Both the position numbers and the translations under genes were made by a program. DNA of 64,000 nt. Source: a virus. Shown here one piece after another: positions 17,589 to 26,037 of this stretch. The notes under the pieces were generated by a model that did not search any database, was not told where the DNA came from, and saw only the letters and a program-made list of their open reading frames with translations. Positions within the stretch are counted from its first letter, which is position 1. Each line of letters begins with the position of its first letter. Where the stretch lies: the IMG/VR virus record IMGVR_UViG_3300034279_000305, positions 22,962 through 86,961 of that record. One strand, given 5' to 3'.

Positions 17589-17665
17589 ATTATTACTTCC
17601 TTCGTTAATAGAGTTTGAGAGACTAACCGTGATCTCTCGCGTGCTTATTAAGTAGCAACCCTAAC

Positions 17666-17741
17666 TGGTGGACACTCTGGGGCTTGAACCCAGGACCTAC
17701 AGGTTAAAAGCCCGTTGCTCTACCTACTGAGCTAAGTGTCC
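17666..17741 (-). tRNA. tRNA-Lys(TTT)
   Basis: CTTTTAA loop. Confidence 0.95.
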
Positions 17742-17746
17742 GAAAC

Positions 17747-17822
17747 TGGTAGACCCTGTTGGATTCGAACCAACGACCTGCGGATTAAGAGTCCGATGCT
17801 CTACCGACTGAGCTAAGGGTCC
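17747..17822 (-). tRNA. tRNA-Lys(CTT)
   Basis: CTCTTAA loop. Confidence 0.95.
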
Positions 17823-17828
17823 ATAAAC

Positions 17829-17904
17829 TGGTAGACGAGGAGGGACTCGAACCCCCAACCAAACCGTTATGAGCGGTCGGCTCTAACCATTGAGCTACTC
17901 GTCT
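17829..17904 (-). tRNA. tRNA-Ile2(CAT) (or Met)
   Basis: GACCG-CTCATAA-CGGTT, body resembles alphaproteobacterial lysidine tRNA-Ile2. Confidence 0.85.
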
Positions 17905-18103
17905 AGATGTAGATTCGATGCTCGAAATCCGGATTCACATGAGCGCCAACTACTTGACGCACGATGTAATAATAATCGATGAACCGATCACCGTCACGAG
18001 TATACACACCATGGGCATTCCGTGCTTCATCTTCCGACGCATACACGCCAAGGAGCACAGAACCTGCCATATCGAACTCACCTAGTAATGCAAAAACTTC
18101 CAT
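17903..18103 (-). CDS. hypothetical early protein
   Basis: 66 aa, own promoter and GAAAGGAA SD. Confidence 0.65.
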   Translation of the reverse strand: MEVFALLGEFDMAGSVLLGVYASEDEARNAHGVYTRDGDRFIDYYYIVRQVVGAHVNPDFEHRIYI

Positions 18104-18129
18104 AACAATTTCCTTTCAAACTATACACA

Positions 18130-18159
18130 CAGTATACCCCAGATTTAAGAAAAAGTCAA
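18130..18159 (-). promoter_or_regulatory. sigma70-like early promoter
   Basis: TTGACT-N17-TATACT. Confidence 0.8.
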
Positions 18160-18191
18160 GCCCCTATTTTGCATTTTATCAAATTATTTTT

Positions 18192-18268
18192 TGGTGACCC
18201 CTACGGGATTCGAACCCGTGATCTTCGCCGTGAAAGGGCGATGTCCTAGACCGCTAGACGAAGGGGCC
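18192..18268 (-). tRNA. tRNA-Glu(TTC)
   Basis: CTTTCAC loop. Confidence 0.95.
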
Positions 18269-18270
18269 AA

Positions 18271-18359
<89 letters not shown>

Positions 18360-18365
18360 TAAACG

Positions 18366-18602
18366 TTAGAGACCAATCGCGGTACGATATGTCTCTAGAA
18401 TCATATCTTCTTCTTGCCGAATATGCGCTTCCTTTTTACGGAGACGAATAATCTGGCGAGTCGCTTTAGCATCGTAACCTTCGCCTTTCAACTCAGAATA
18501 GACTTCCTTACGATCTGCCTTCCTAGCATCAAGATCCGCTTCGATATTTTCGATGCGCTCGATGAAGAGGCGATACTTATCAACTGCAATAATGTCACTC
18601 AT
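18366..18602 (-). CDS. gapR: GapR/DUF2312 (UPF0335) DNA-binding protein
   Basis: FIERIE..E...KEVYSELKGEGYD.KA.RQIIRLRKK...EE..ILETY..AIG. Confidence 0.88.
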   Translation of the reverse strand: MSDIIAVDKYRLFIERIENIEADLDARKADRKEVYSELKGEGYDAKATRQIIRLRKKEAHIRQEEDMILETYRTAIGL

Positions 18603-18619
18603 AATATTCTCCTACAAAA

Positions 18620-18695
18620 TGGATGCCCCGTCAGGTCTCGAACCTGAACTCTTCTGAATCAAAATCAGACGTGTTGCCAATTACACCACGGGGCA
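18620..18695 (-). tRNA. tRNA-Gln(TTG)
   Basis: TTTTGAT loop, U1:A72. Confidence 0.95.
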
Positions 18696-18758
18696 AGAAC
18701 CTCAATAACAAAACCAATATACTATAGATTTATAAAATAGTCAACACTTTTCTTCAAA

Positions 18759-19253
18759 CTATTTGTATGGGTCGTAATTTCTTCCCCATAACCATCCACT
18801 CGGTAGACTGAACGATCTTGGGTCGACCAGATGCGTCTTACCACTAGGTTCAACACACCACCTTCGCACCCGCATACTTTGCATAAGACTCATCTTGCGA
18901 CGAGTCTCGTAGGAGTGCCTCCGATTATACATCGGATTATTCTCTCCCCGACGAGTTCCCTTCATCGTCCTGCTAATCTTTGCTCGATGCTCGTCTGACA
19001 ATCCATTGGCATTTGGGTTTTTACTACCCTTCTTTGCCTCGGCAATTTTCTCTCTGCCTTCTGGAGTGTGCAATCTATTTCGTCGGCGAGTTACCTTGTC
19101 AACGACTTTAGAGATCTTTTGTTGCTTAGAAGCAGTTTCGCGAATCAACTCAATGTTGGTTGTCTGTAGAATCAGTTCGCGAGGTTTTGGGACGATTGTT
19201 GGATCTTTTACGATCCACAGTTCCGTTTTATGTTGAAAGAGGTAAAACCTCAT
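18759..19253 (-). CDS. NUMOD3-repeat DNA-binding protein (no nuclease domain evident)
   Basis: HTPEGREKIAEAKKG..NP, SDEHRAKIS, GENNPMYNRRHSYETRRKMS, W.WGR. Confidence 0.7.
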   Translation of the reverse strand: MRFYLFQHKTELWIVKDPTIVPKPRELILQTTNIELIRETASKQQKISKVVDKVTRRRNRLHTPEGREKIAEAKKGSKNPNANGLSDEHRAKISRTMKGTRRGENNPMYNRRHSYETRRKMSLMQSMRVRRWCVEPSGKTHLVDPRSFSLPSGWLWGRNYDPYK

Positions 19254-19638
19254 TTACAATGCCTTTATCAATCAACGTCAAATCATGTTCCCGATCAATG
19301 TATTTAAACTCTACATGGTCTGGATCAAATTCCTGTAGCGCCTCGAAGACATCCTTCGTATTTAGCGCCGAGCACGTATACACATCCAGTTGCATGAGAG
19401 CAGGAGAAACCTCATCCCAAACATGCATAGCAATATGCGATGTTTCGATAATAGTAACTGCAGTCAAACCACGATTGCCTTCCATGTCACTGTAAACAGC
19501 ATATGGACCCATTAGTATCTTCATACCAATTTTATCAACCAGAGTCTTCATCCAGTCCTGGATTGCCTCTGCGCATTGTGGTGGATTCTTCAATTCAGCT
19601 CTGATAATCAGATGTTTATGCTCAAGAATTTGCCCCAT
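19228..19638 (-). CDS. speD: S-adenosylmethionine decarboxylase proenzyme
   Basis: HKHLI, IETSHIAMHVWDE, LDVYTC. Confidence 0.85.
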   Translation of the reverse strand: MGQILEHKHLIIRAELKNPPQCAEAIQDWMKTLVDKIGMKILMGPYAVYSDMEGNRGLTAVTIIETSHIAMHVWDEVSPALMQLDVYTCSALNTKDVFEALQEFDPDHVEFKYIDREHDLTLIDKGIVNEVLPLST

Positions 19639-19672
19639 CGATGTTCCTTCTTCGTAGGTGCTGGAAAGATCT

Positions 19673-19680
19673 TATTTATA
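19673..19680 (-). promoter_or_regulatory. T4-type late promoter
   Basis: TATAAATA upstream of speD. Confidence 0.55.
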
Positions 19681-20176
19681 AGACCGACAAAGACTTTTTT
19701 GCTCGAGACTGCTTCTTAACCTCTGGTTTCTTCCATCCAGGAAGGAATGATTCTAGCACATCTGCTAATGTAGGATACTTATCGAGGAGTTTCTGGTCCT
19801 TGACAAGATCGAGCAGTTCTACCTCAGTAGCTACTACGCCCTGACAGATCTGCATCCAGAGTTCTTCCCTACGCCACTGACCGAGATTCTTTGCGCTTCC
19901 ATCTGGTAGCAGAGTTAGAAGACGACGAAACTCCTGTGTGATGGTGGTGTCGCCCATATTTTCGGGGAGACCTTCATCCTTAAAGGGAGTCTTACCTTCT
20001 GGTAGATTCCATGGACCTTGTTCGTAACCCACACCCCATGCAATAAATCGCATAAGAATAGAGTTGCCGACTGAGATTGCACCAACACGTGCGGAAAGTT
20101 CTTCTGTTGTTTTTGCTTCAACTGCCCAGTCAAGAGCCTCGTTGATTTGCCTAAATTTCTTGGGTACTATTGCCAT
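19676..20176 (-). CDS. conserved T4-like phage protein (DUF6433-like)
   Basis: LPEG.TPF, RREE.W.Q, E.ELL..VKD.KL; next to rnh. Confidence 0.65.
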   Translation of the reverse strand: MAIVPKKFRQINEALDWAVEAKTTEELSARVGAISVGNSILMRFIAWGVGYEQGPWNLPEGKTPFKDEGLPENMGDTTITQEFRRLLTLLPDGSAKNLGQWRREELWMQICQGVVATEVELLDLVKDQKLLDKYPTLADVLESFLPGWKKPEVKKQSRAKKSLSVL

Positions 20177-21058
20177 TTAAAATTCATCCACTAGTTCAAT
20201 CAATTGTGTCATACGATTAGCGATAAAGTAGTTCAATAGACCAGAACGGTCGCCACCCTTCTGCATCTCGTAACTATCTATAATACTTTCCTTAATATCT
20301 TCAGGAATTCTTGATAGATCAACCAGTTCGCGGTTGCGCTGGTAGTTGCGCCACATTTCATCACTGTTGATAAACTCTTCTGGTTTCTGAGTTTTCCATT
20401 CAGCGAGTTTATCTTTACGAATAGGACGCTGACGGTCACCATTGATGAAAGTGTCATCACAGGAAAGGATATTCGGAACACCGTCACCCTTATCGCCCAT
20501 GATAATATGTTCCATGAGCACTGCTTCAGGTGATTCCTTCAACTTACAGAACTTCTTTTGAACAGGAGCATACTGTTTAACATTGTTCCACTTCTGCAGT
20601 TGCTGGAAGTCATGGTCACCAGAAAGAATAAGGAAAGGTTCAGCACTAGGCATGAGACCATCAGTGTTCATAGTCTGACTATACTCGGCGAGCACTGCGA
20701 TAACATCATCTGCCTCAGCACCATCAACGTCGATTACAGGATAAGGGAAATGCTCTGTGAGTTCGGAGCGAACAAGGTGTAGCGCCTCGAAGATAGAGTT
20801 CCAGTCGAATCCACTTTCATCACGCGACTTCTTACGGTTTGCCTTGTAGTTCGGGAAATACTGACGACGCCAGTAGTGACGATTGTCACAGGCGATAACC
20901 ATATCGCCAAACTCAGGACCAAACTTCTTACGATATGACCGAAGCGCATTGATAATCATGTGACGAACGAGAGGGATGTTTACCTCAACGTCACGACGAC
21001 CCGCCAAATTTGCCATCAGACTGCTGATTGCAGTCTGGTTATAATCTACAACAATCAC
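20177..21058 (-). CDS. rnh: T4-type RNase H / 5'-3' exonuclease
   Basis: YWRR..FP.YKANRK, EADD.I, SGD.DF.QL, GDKGDGVPN. Confidence 0.93.
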   Translation of the reverse strand: MIVVDYNQTAISSLMANLAGRRDVEVNIPLVRHMIINALRSYRKKFGPEFGDMVIACDNRHYWRRQYFPNYKANRKKSRDESGFDWNSIFEALHLVRSELTEHFPYPVIDVDGAEADDVIAVLAEYSQTMNTDGLMPSAEPFLILSGDHDFQQLQKWNNVKQYAPVQKKFCKLKESPEAVLMEHIIMGDKGDGVPNILSCDDTFINGDRQRPIRKDKLAEWKTQKPEEFINSDEMWRNYQRNRELVDLSRIPEDIKESIIDSYEMQKGGDRSGLLNYFIANRMTQLIELVDEF

Positions 21059-21408
21059 GTTTCATCATTCCCATCATTTAATTTTGTATCAAGTGCATTA
21101 CGAATATCAGTTAGTAGATACGTTTCAGGCGTATCAATCCCACGTTGACGCAAGAACATCCCATATACCAGAACAGAAATTACTGCTGCATCAGCATAGA
21201 AACTATCGTGTTTTGTAATGCCAAACTTCTCAGTGCAAACCTTGGTGATTCCTGCCATGACTGATCGACCTGCACGTTCGGCGTCTTGATACGAGTTGTA
21301 GTCATCAATACCTTCGAGGAAGTATGTAAGAGATTCCTTATCTGGATTTGTATCTTCGAACTTCTTCTTAGGATTAAGAAAAGTCACGTTATCATTATCG
21401 CTCATCAA
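21055..21408 (-). CDS. hypothetical protein
   Basis: 117-aa ORF in operon. Confidence 0.6.
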   Translation of the reverse strand: MMSDNDNVTFLNPKKKFEDTNPDKESLTYFLEGIDDYNSYQDAERAGRSVMAGITKVCTEKFGITKHDSFYADAAVISVLVYGMFLRQRGIDTPETYLLTDIRNALDTKLNDGNDET

Positions 21409-22526
21409 AACACTTTCAAAATTAATGTAGTCGGAGTCAGTCGCGCACGAACAGGTGCAGGCTTACTCTTAACGGCTGAGTACCATTTAGTCAAGTCTTT
21501 TTTCGCCAGTTCAGCAAATTCTTTTACTTGAGTCTCTGGTTTACGTAGCAACCGTGAGTTAGAGAAGTTCTCATCAAATCCTACAAGACTTGCACCCTTG
21601 ACAGTAATGCTACCACTGACTGGGTTATAGTACTTGGAGATCTTTCGAGTCTTGGTGTCGAAAGTCCACACTTCACTACAGTTTAGCAGATTGATAGGTT
21701 CGACACTGGCGATACCAAGTGCAGTATCTTCCTTGAGGAACTTTAGGTTCTGGACCAATTTGGTCTTATCCTTTGGTTTCTTCTTACGAACCTTAGCAAC
21801 CTGCTTGCTGACATGCGACTTTTTAAGATCGTTGACATAGGATTCGAGCAACTTGACGATATCCTTGACAATCTTCATACCAGACAGATGTTCGTAACTC
21901 TCGAGCAACTGCGATTGCATGTCAGTCAGTTTTGCCTTGGGTATACGACGAACTTCTACCAATTCAGCAAACTCGGCGAGGATAGGTTGAATCTTTTCGA
22001 CGCACTCAAGGTAATGTCTGTCTGCCATACGATATGGCATAAGAATTTGTGCTATATTCTTTACATCTTCGCCAATGACCAGATTCTCGATCTCGTCATT
22101 AACATCAGATACAATGAAGTGACCTGCAATCAACGGTTTCTTTGCAACCTTGACTACAGGTTCTGGAGAGGTGTCATCCTCTTCGAGTTTGGTACGCTTA
22201 TTGAAAGTTTCCTCGACCTTCTCCCAGATACGAGAGGTATCTCTGTCGTTAAGAGGGAACCCACGCATAGCGATACGAGCTGAATTAGCATAGGTGCGTG
22301 GAAGCAACTTGTCAGGAATCTTACTGAGAGTTTTCAGTTTATCCCTATCACCCTTGAACCAGTCGCTCAAGAATGCACGACAATCCTTAGCATCCACGAT
22401 GTAATTATACCAAGAGAGAGCATTACCAAACTCTGCCTGATAGTTTACAGGTTCGTAGTCGGCAACCCAAATGGGTTCGACACCAACGAATTTCGATTCA
22501 GCAATAGGGACTTTCAACTTATGCAT
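21405..22526 (-). CDS. conserved T4-like phage hypothetical protein
   Basis: 373 aa, own promoter, ALSWYNY and VKG....FD...S...LRKP segments. Confidence 0.7.
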   Translation of the reverse strand: MHKLKVPIAESKFVGVEPIWVADYEPVNYQAEFGNALSWYNYIVDAKDCRAFLSDWFKGDRDKLKTLSKIPDKLLPRTYANSARIAMRGFPLNDRDTSRIWEKVEETFNKRTKLEEDDTSPEPVVKVAKKPLIAGHFIVSDVNDEIENLVIGEDVKNIAQILMPYRMADRHYLECVEKIQPILAEFAELVEVRRIPKAKLTDMQSQLLESYEHLSGMKIVKDIVKLLESYVNDLKKSHVSKQVAKVRKKKPKDKTKLVQNLKFLKEDTALGIASVEPINLLNCSEVWTFDTKTRKISKYYNPVSGSITVKGASLVGFDENFSNSRLLRKPETQVKEFAELAKKDLTKWYSAVKSKPAPVRARLTPTTLILKVF

Positions 22527-22554
22527 GGGTTCACCTCATCAAATTTATAGATTA

Positions 22555-22583
22555 CTTATACCGCATTTCTGCAGAAAAGTCAA
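22555..22583 (-). promoter_or_regulatory. sigma70-like early promoter
   Basis: TTGACT-N17-TATAAG. Confidence 0.65.
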
Positions 22584-22837
22584 GCCATAAATTTGACATT
22601 TGTGATAGTATCATATCTGAAAGAGCGCCAAGCAGACTTTTCAGTATCCCAGACAGGTAGAACATCAGGGTTTACCACCTTACTTTCAGCAGGAGTTGTT
22701 TTCTTCTCGGGCACTACGCTTTCCTGCAGAGTACATTTGATGACTCGAACATCACCATTAAGTTTTGTGAACGTCACTTCGGCGTTCATCTTCTTAAGAT
22801 TCTTTACGAGCATTTCACGGTCAATTTCCATAATCAC
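22580..22837 (-). CDS. WYL_2/DUF2693 SH3-like protein
   Basis: FTKLNG..R...CTL ... WDTEKSAWRSFR. Confidence 0.75.
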   Translation of the reverse strand: MIMEIDREMLVKNLKKMNAEVTFTKLNGDVRVIKCTLQESVVPEKKTTPAESKVVNPDVLPVWDTEKSAWRSFRYDTITNVKFMA

Positions 22838-23832
22838 ATTTTCCTTACATTATTTTCGTCTATAATAATTTTACCATCTCTCCAAGATTTTCTGGGAGGA
22901 TCTGGTGCGGGTATATCGTGGGTTGATAGATTATTTTTTTCCATAGCGAAGAAATCAGTGGGGTTTTCTACTACCACCTCAATTTTCTTCTTTGGTTTAT
23001 GCTTCTTAACAACCTTCTTCGGTGCCACTGTTGGTGGAGTTGGATCAACCTCATCAACAGCGACAAAGTCTACTATACCCGCTTCTTCCTTTTTAGTCAA
23101 GCTTAAAATTGAAATATTTGCTGCAATAACCAAAAGAATTGCCAGAGGGTCGAATACGAAGATAAGAACAATAATCATCAAGCGCACTGCTTTGTCGATA
23201 GTAGCAGTATCGCCACTACCGTAGAACAGTTCTGCGATATATTTTATCGGACCTACTTCTGCTTCGAGTTTGAGATTTTCTGTTTTGAGCGGTATGAGAT
23301 CAGTCTCAATAGTCTCAATGTCTGCAGTCGCACTCTCAATTTCTTTATTGAGAGACGCACGTTCCCGTTTCTGTCTGTTTCGAATGAAATTAGCATCGAG
23401 CACATCCTCTGCAGTAGTGAGTCTGTCCAAAGTATCCAAAGATGTTTGCGCATTTTTGAGTCTCCTTTCTGCAGATGTTTTCTTGCTCTCGAGTTGTTCT
23501 ATCTTAATTTGCGTGGAACCGCCAACAGTGCTATGTTCGATGTGCGCTCCACTTAGATAACCGAATACGCCAATACTTGTGATAAATGATAATACCACAA
23601 TCGCGATTGTGAAATATGTTTTCAACAGTTTGTTTGCGGTTTTCCAATTCCTATACACCCAACTCGCAGTAACGAGTTTAGCAAATTCTAAAGATCCACC
23701 CATCGCTGCAACAGCAATAGGGGATGCGGGGAAAATCGCCATCAAACCTAATATCGAAAAGTAACCAGCAACTGATGTAATCGCCAGCGCTGCCAACATT
23801 AATAGTGCTATGAATAGCATCCAGGTCTCCAA
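22834..23832 (-). CDS. membrane-anchored coiled-coil protein
   Basis: Three N-terminal TMs, coiled coil, VGPIKYIAE, C-terminal TM IFVFDPLA. Confidence 0.7.
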   Translation of the reverse strand: METWMLFIALLMLAALAITSVAGYFSILGLMAIFPASPIAVAAMGGSLEFAKLVTASWVYRNWKTANKLLKTYFTIAIVVLSFITSIGVFGYLSGAHIEHSTVGGSTQIKIEQLESKKTSAERRLKNAQTSLDTLDRLTTAEDVLDANFIRNRQKRERASLNKEIESATADIETIETDLIPLKTENLKLEAEVGPIKYIAELFYGSGDTATIDKAVRLMIIVLIFVFDPLAILLVIAANISILSLTKKEEAGIVDFVAVDEVDPTPPTVAPKKVVKKHKPKKKIEVVVENPTDFFAMEKNNLSTHDIPAPDPPRKSWRDGKIIIDENNVRKM

Positions 23833-24155
23833 TCAGGTAATTTTAATTCTTTCAAGTGATCAAGTCTCAGACGCACATTCCACATTTGATTGATGCATCT
23901 GTCGTCGAGTCTATGCTCCCATTGCAGGATATGTTCAACTGCTTTGGCATGCGATTTGCTGTCGTATTCAGCGACAACTTCCTTGCGCATTTCGCCTTCA
24001 TAGTTAGTCACATAAGAGGAACTTCCGAAGTATGTTTCGAAAAGTTTCTCTGTCTTACATGAATACCCAATATAAAATTTGCCGTCGTCGAAGTAAGTGC
24101 AATATACTCTATGCACCTTCTTCGGCAACGGCTTACGTTTTTTTCTAATTACCAT
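23808..24155 (-). CDS. stand-alone GIY-YIG nuclease domain protein
   Basis: VYCTY...KFYIG, YFGSS, A...E..L, C-terminal N. Confidence 0.7.
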   Translation of the reverse strand: MVIRKKRKPLPKKVHRVYCTYFDDGKFYIGYSCKTEKLFETYFGSSSYVTNYEGEMRKEVVAEYDSKSHAKAVEHILQWEHRLDDRCINQMWNVRLRLDHLKELKLPDWRPGCYS

Positions 24156-24178
24156 AATCTACTCCGTAAGTAGACTAT

Positions 24179-24337
24179 TTATTCGCTTTCTTGATCGGAA
24201 TCGAAATCATATTCTTCTTGATCGATCCCTTCGCCGCAGAAAGGACAGTACAACACTCTATAATATTTACCGTCCATATCATGCTCTACAGAGAATAGAG
24301 CATTACAACTAGAACATTCGTGCTCCTCGTCAAGCAT
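24179..24337 (-). CDS. small zinc-ribbon protein (52 aa, not in ORF track)
   Basis: Own translation MLDEEHECSSC...YCPFCGE...acidic tail. Confidence 0.7.
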   Translation of the reverse strand: MLDEEHECSSCNALFSVEHDMDGKYYRVLYCPFCGEGIDQEEYDFDSDQESE

Positions 24338-24342
24338 GTAAA

Positions 24343-24645
24343 TTACACATCAGTAATAGTTGTAGTAGATATAATACCAACGGAATTATGATATTCGTCC
24401 ATTGCACCACCTAGATTACCCGAGGCAACAAATGCTTCAAACTCTTCAGCGACTGCATCATCTGTGAACGTATATTCTAATACCTGGACATACATATCAT
24501 TCAGGATATCGAAATGAAATGTAACAGTATCTCTATTATTTTCTAACCATTCATCCAATAAAGAATTCTGCGGGGGATTGGTCTGAAAATACCACAAAGT
24601 TTGATGTGACGGTCTAGTATTTGTAATAGTAAGTTTCTTCGCCAT
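24343..24645 (-). CDS. hypothetical protein
   Basis: Start MAKKL with AAGGA SD. Confidence 0.6.
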   Translation of the reverse strand: MAKKLTITNTRPSHQTLWYFQTNPPQNSLLDEWLENNRDTVTFHFDILNDMYVQVLEYTFTDDAVAEEFEAFVASGNLGGAMDEYHNSVGIISTTTITDV

Positions 24646-24668
24646 GATAGTTTCCTTCTCGTTTAAAT

Positions 24669-25643
24669 TTATGCTGCCACACCCCAAACATCATCCCACT
24701 TGCCTGATAGTGCACCCTTGGCATAGTCGGTAGCACGATTTTCAAAGAAGTTGGTGTGTGTTGGTGCGTTGATCATTTCCTCGACCCAAGGCAGAGGATT
24801 TTTCTTAATCTTAAAGATACCCTTGAGACCGAGACTAATTAGTCGACGGTCACAAATATAACGGATATACTTCTTTACATCTGCAGATGTGAGATCTTGC
24901 ATCTCACCCATCTCGAATGAAAGATCAATAAACTTATCTTCCAGTTCTACCATTTTCTCGGCGATGGTATAGATACTGGACTTCAATTCATCGTTCCAGA
25001 GTTCGCGATTTTCCTCGACATAAGTGCGGAACAACTTGATCATCGACTCAGCATGCATCGTCTCATCAACGATTGACCAAGTAACAATCTGTCCCATTCC
25101 CTTCATCTTTCCGTGACGAGGGAAGTTGAGGAGCATAATGAAGGATGAGAACAGTTGCATACCCTCAGTGAATGCACTAAATGCAGCGATATTGGTCGCG
25201 ACCGATTCAGGTGTTCCATTTGCATTCGACAAATCCGTAAAGTAGTCGTGCTTTGCTCGCATTGAGTCGTATTCAAGGAATTCTTGATATGTCGTTTCTG
25301 GCATACCCAGAGTTTCAATAAGGTGAGAATACGCTGCAACATGTAGTGCCTCCCTTGCCGCAAATCCCATCAACATCATACGAATTTCAGGTTGAGGGAA
25401 ATACGGTAGATAGTTCTTCACATAACCGCCAGCAACATCGATGTCACCCTGTGTGAAGAAGCGGAAAATGTTAGTCAGAAAGTGTTTTTCACCATCGGTA
25501 AGACGCTTCTTCCAGTCTTGCACGTCTTCGACCATTGGCACCTCAGTATGCAACCAATGTGACTGCTCATGCTTTAACCAAGCATCATACGCCCAAGGAT
25601 AGTTGAACGGTTTGAAATACGATCTTTCACTCATTAATGTCAT
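24669..25643 (-). CDS. nrdB: ribonucleotide reductase class Ia beta subunit
   Basis: FFTQGD, EALH..AY, EG.QLFSSF, DE.MH, NFFE. Confidence 0.95.
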   Translation of the reverse strand: MTLMSERSYFKPFNYPWAYDAWLKHEQSHWLHTEVPMVEDVQDWKKRLTDGEKHFLTNIFRFFTQGDIDVAGGYVKNYLPYFPQPEIRMMLMGFAAREALHVAAYSHLIETLGMPETTYQEFLEYDSMRAKHDYFTDLSNANGTPESVATNIAAFSAFTEGMQLFSSFIMLLNFPRHGKMKGMGQIVTWSIVDETMHAESMIKLFRTYVEENRELWNDELKSSIYTIAEKMVELEDKFIDLSFEMGEMQDLTSADVKKYIRYICDRRLISLGLKGIFKIKKNPLPWVEEMINAPTHTNFFENRATDYAKGALSGKWDDVWGVAA

Positions 25644-25798
25644 GGACGACCCTGACCCCTATACTTTTTGAAGTTTTGCTTTTTATTTTTATTCATTGTG
25701 CTGGTTTTAATCTTCCCATTACCAATCGAAGTACCTCTCTTATGAGTTTCGTTGATGCTGTTTTTCGTTGTCCCAGTAGACTTGCTGCCTTTTGCCAT
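25640..25798 (-). CDS. small basic protein (52 aa, not in ORF track)
   Basis: Own translation MAKGSKS...MNKNKKQNFKKYRGQGRP; coupled at both ends. Confidence 0.65.
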   Translation of the reverse strand: MAKGSKSTGTTKNSINETHKRGTSIGNGKIKTSTMNKNKKQNFKKYRGQGRP

Positions 25799-26034
25799 TA
25801 ATTATTCTCCGCCCATTTGATTAAACCATCATAACCACCGACGTGATGTCCATTAATCCAAATTTGCGGAACAGTTGTCACCCCAGGAACTGCGGCAACT
25901 ACATCTTCCCATAATACATCTTCACCCACCACACTTTCAATATACTGAATTTCCATACCAGTCATGAATTCCTTTGCCAATACGCAATAGGGGCAATCAG
26001 GTTTGGTATAAATCTCTGCAAAAAATTGTGTCAT
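25798..26034 (-). CDS. nrdC: glutaredoxin
   Basis: CPYC, TVPQI, VGGY. Confidence 0.92.
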   Translation of the reverse strand: MTQFFAEIYTKPDCPYCVLAKEFMTGMEIQYIESVVGEDVLWEDVVAAVPGVTTVPQIWINGHHVGGYDGLIKWAENN

Positions 26035-26037
26035 TTC

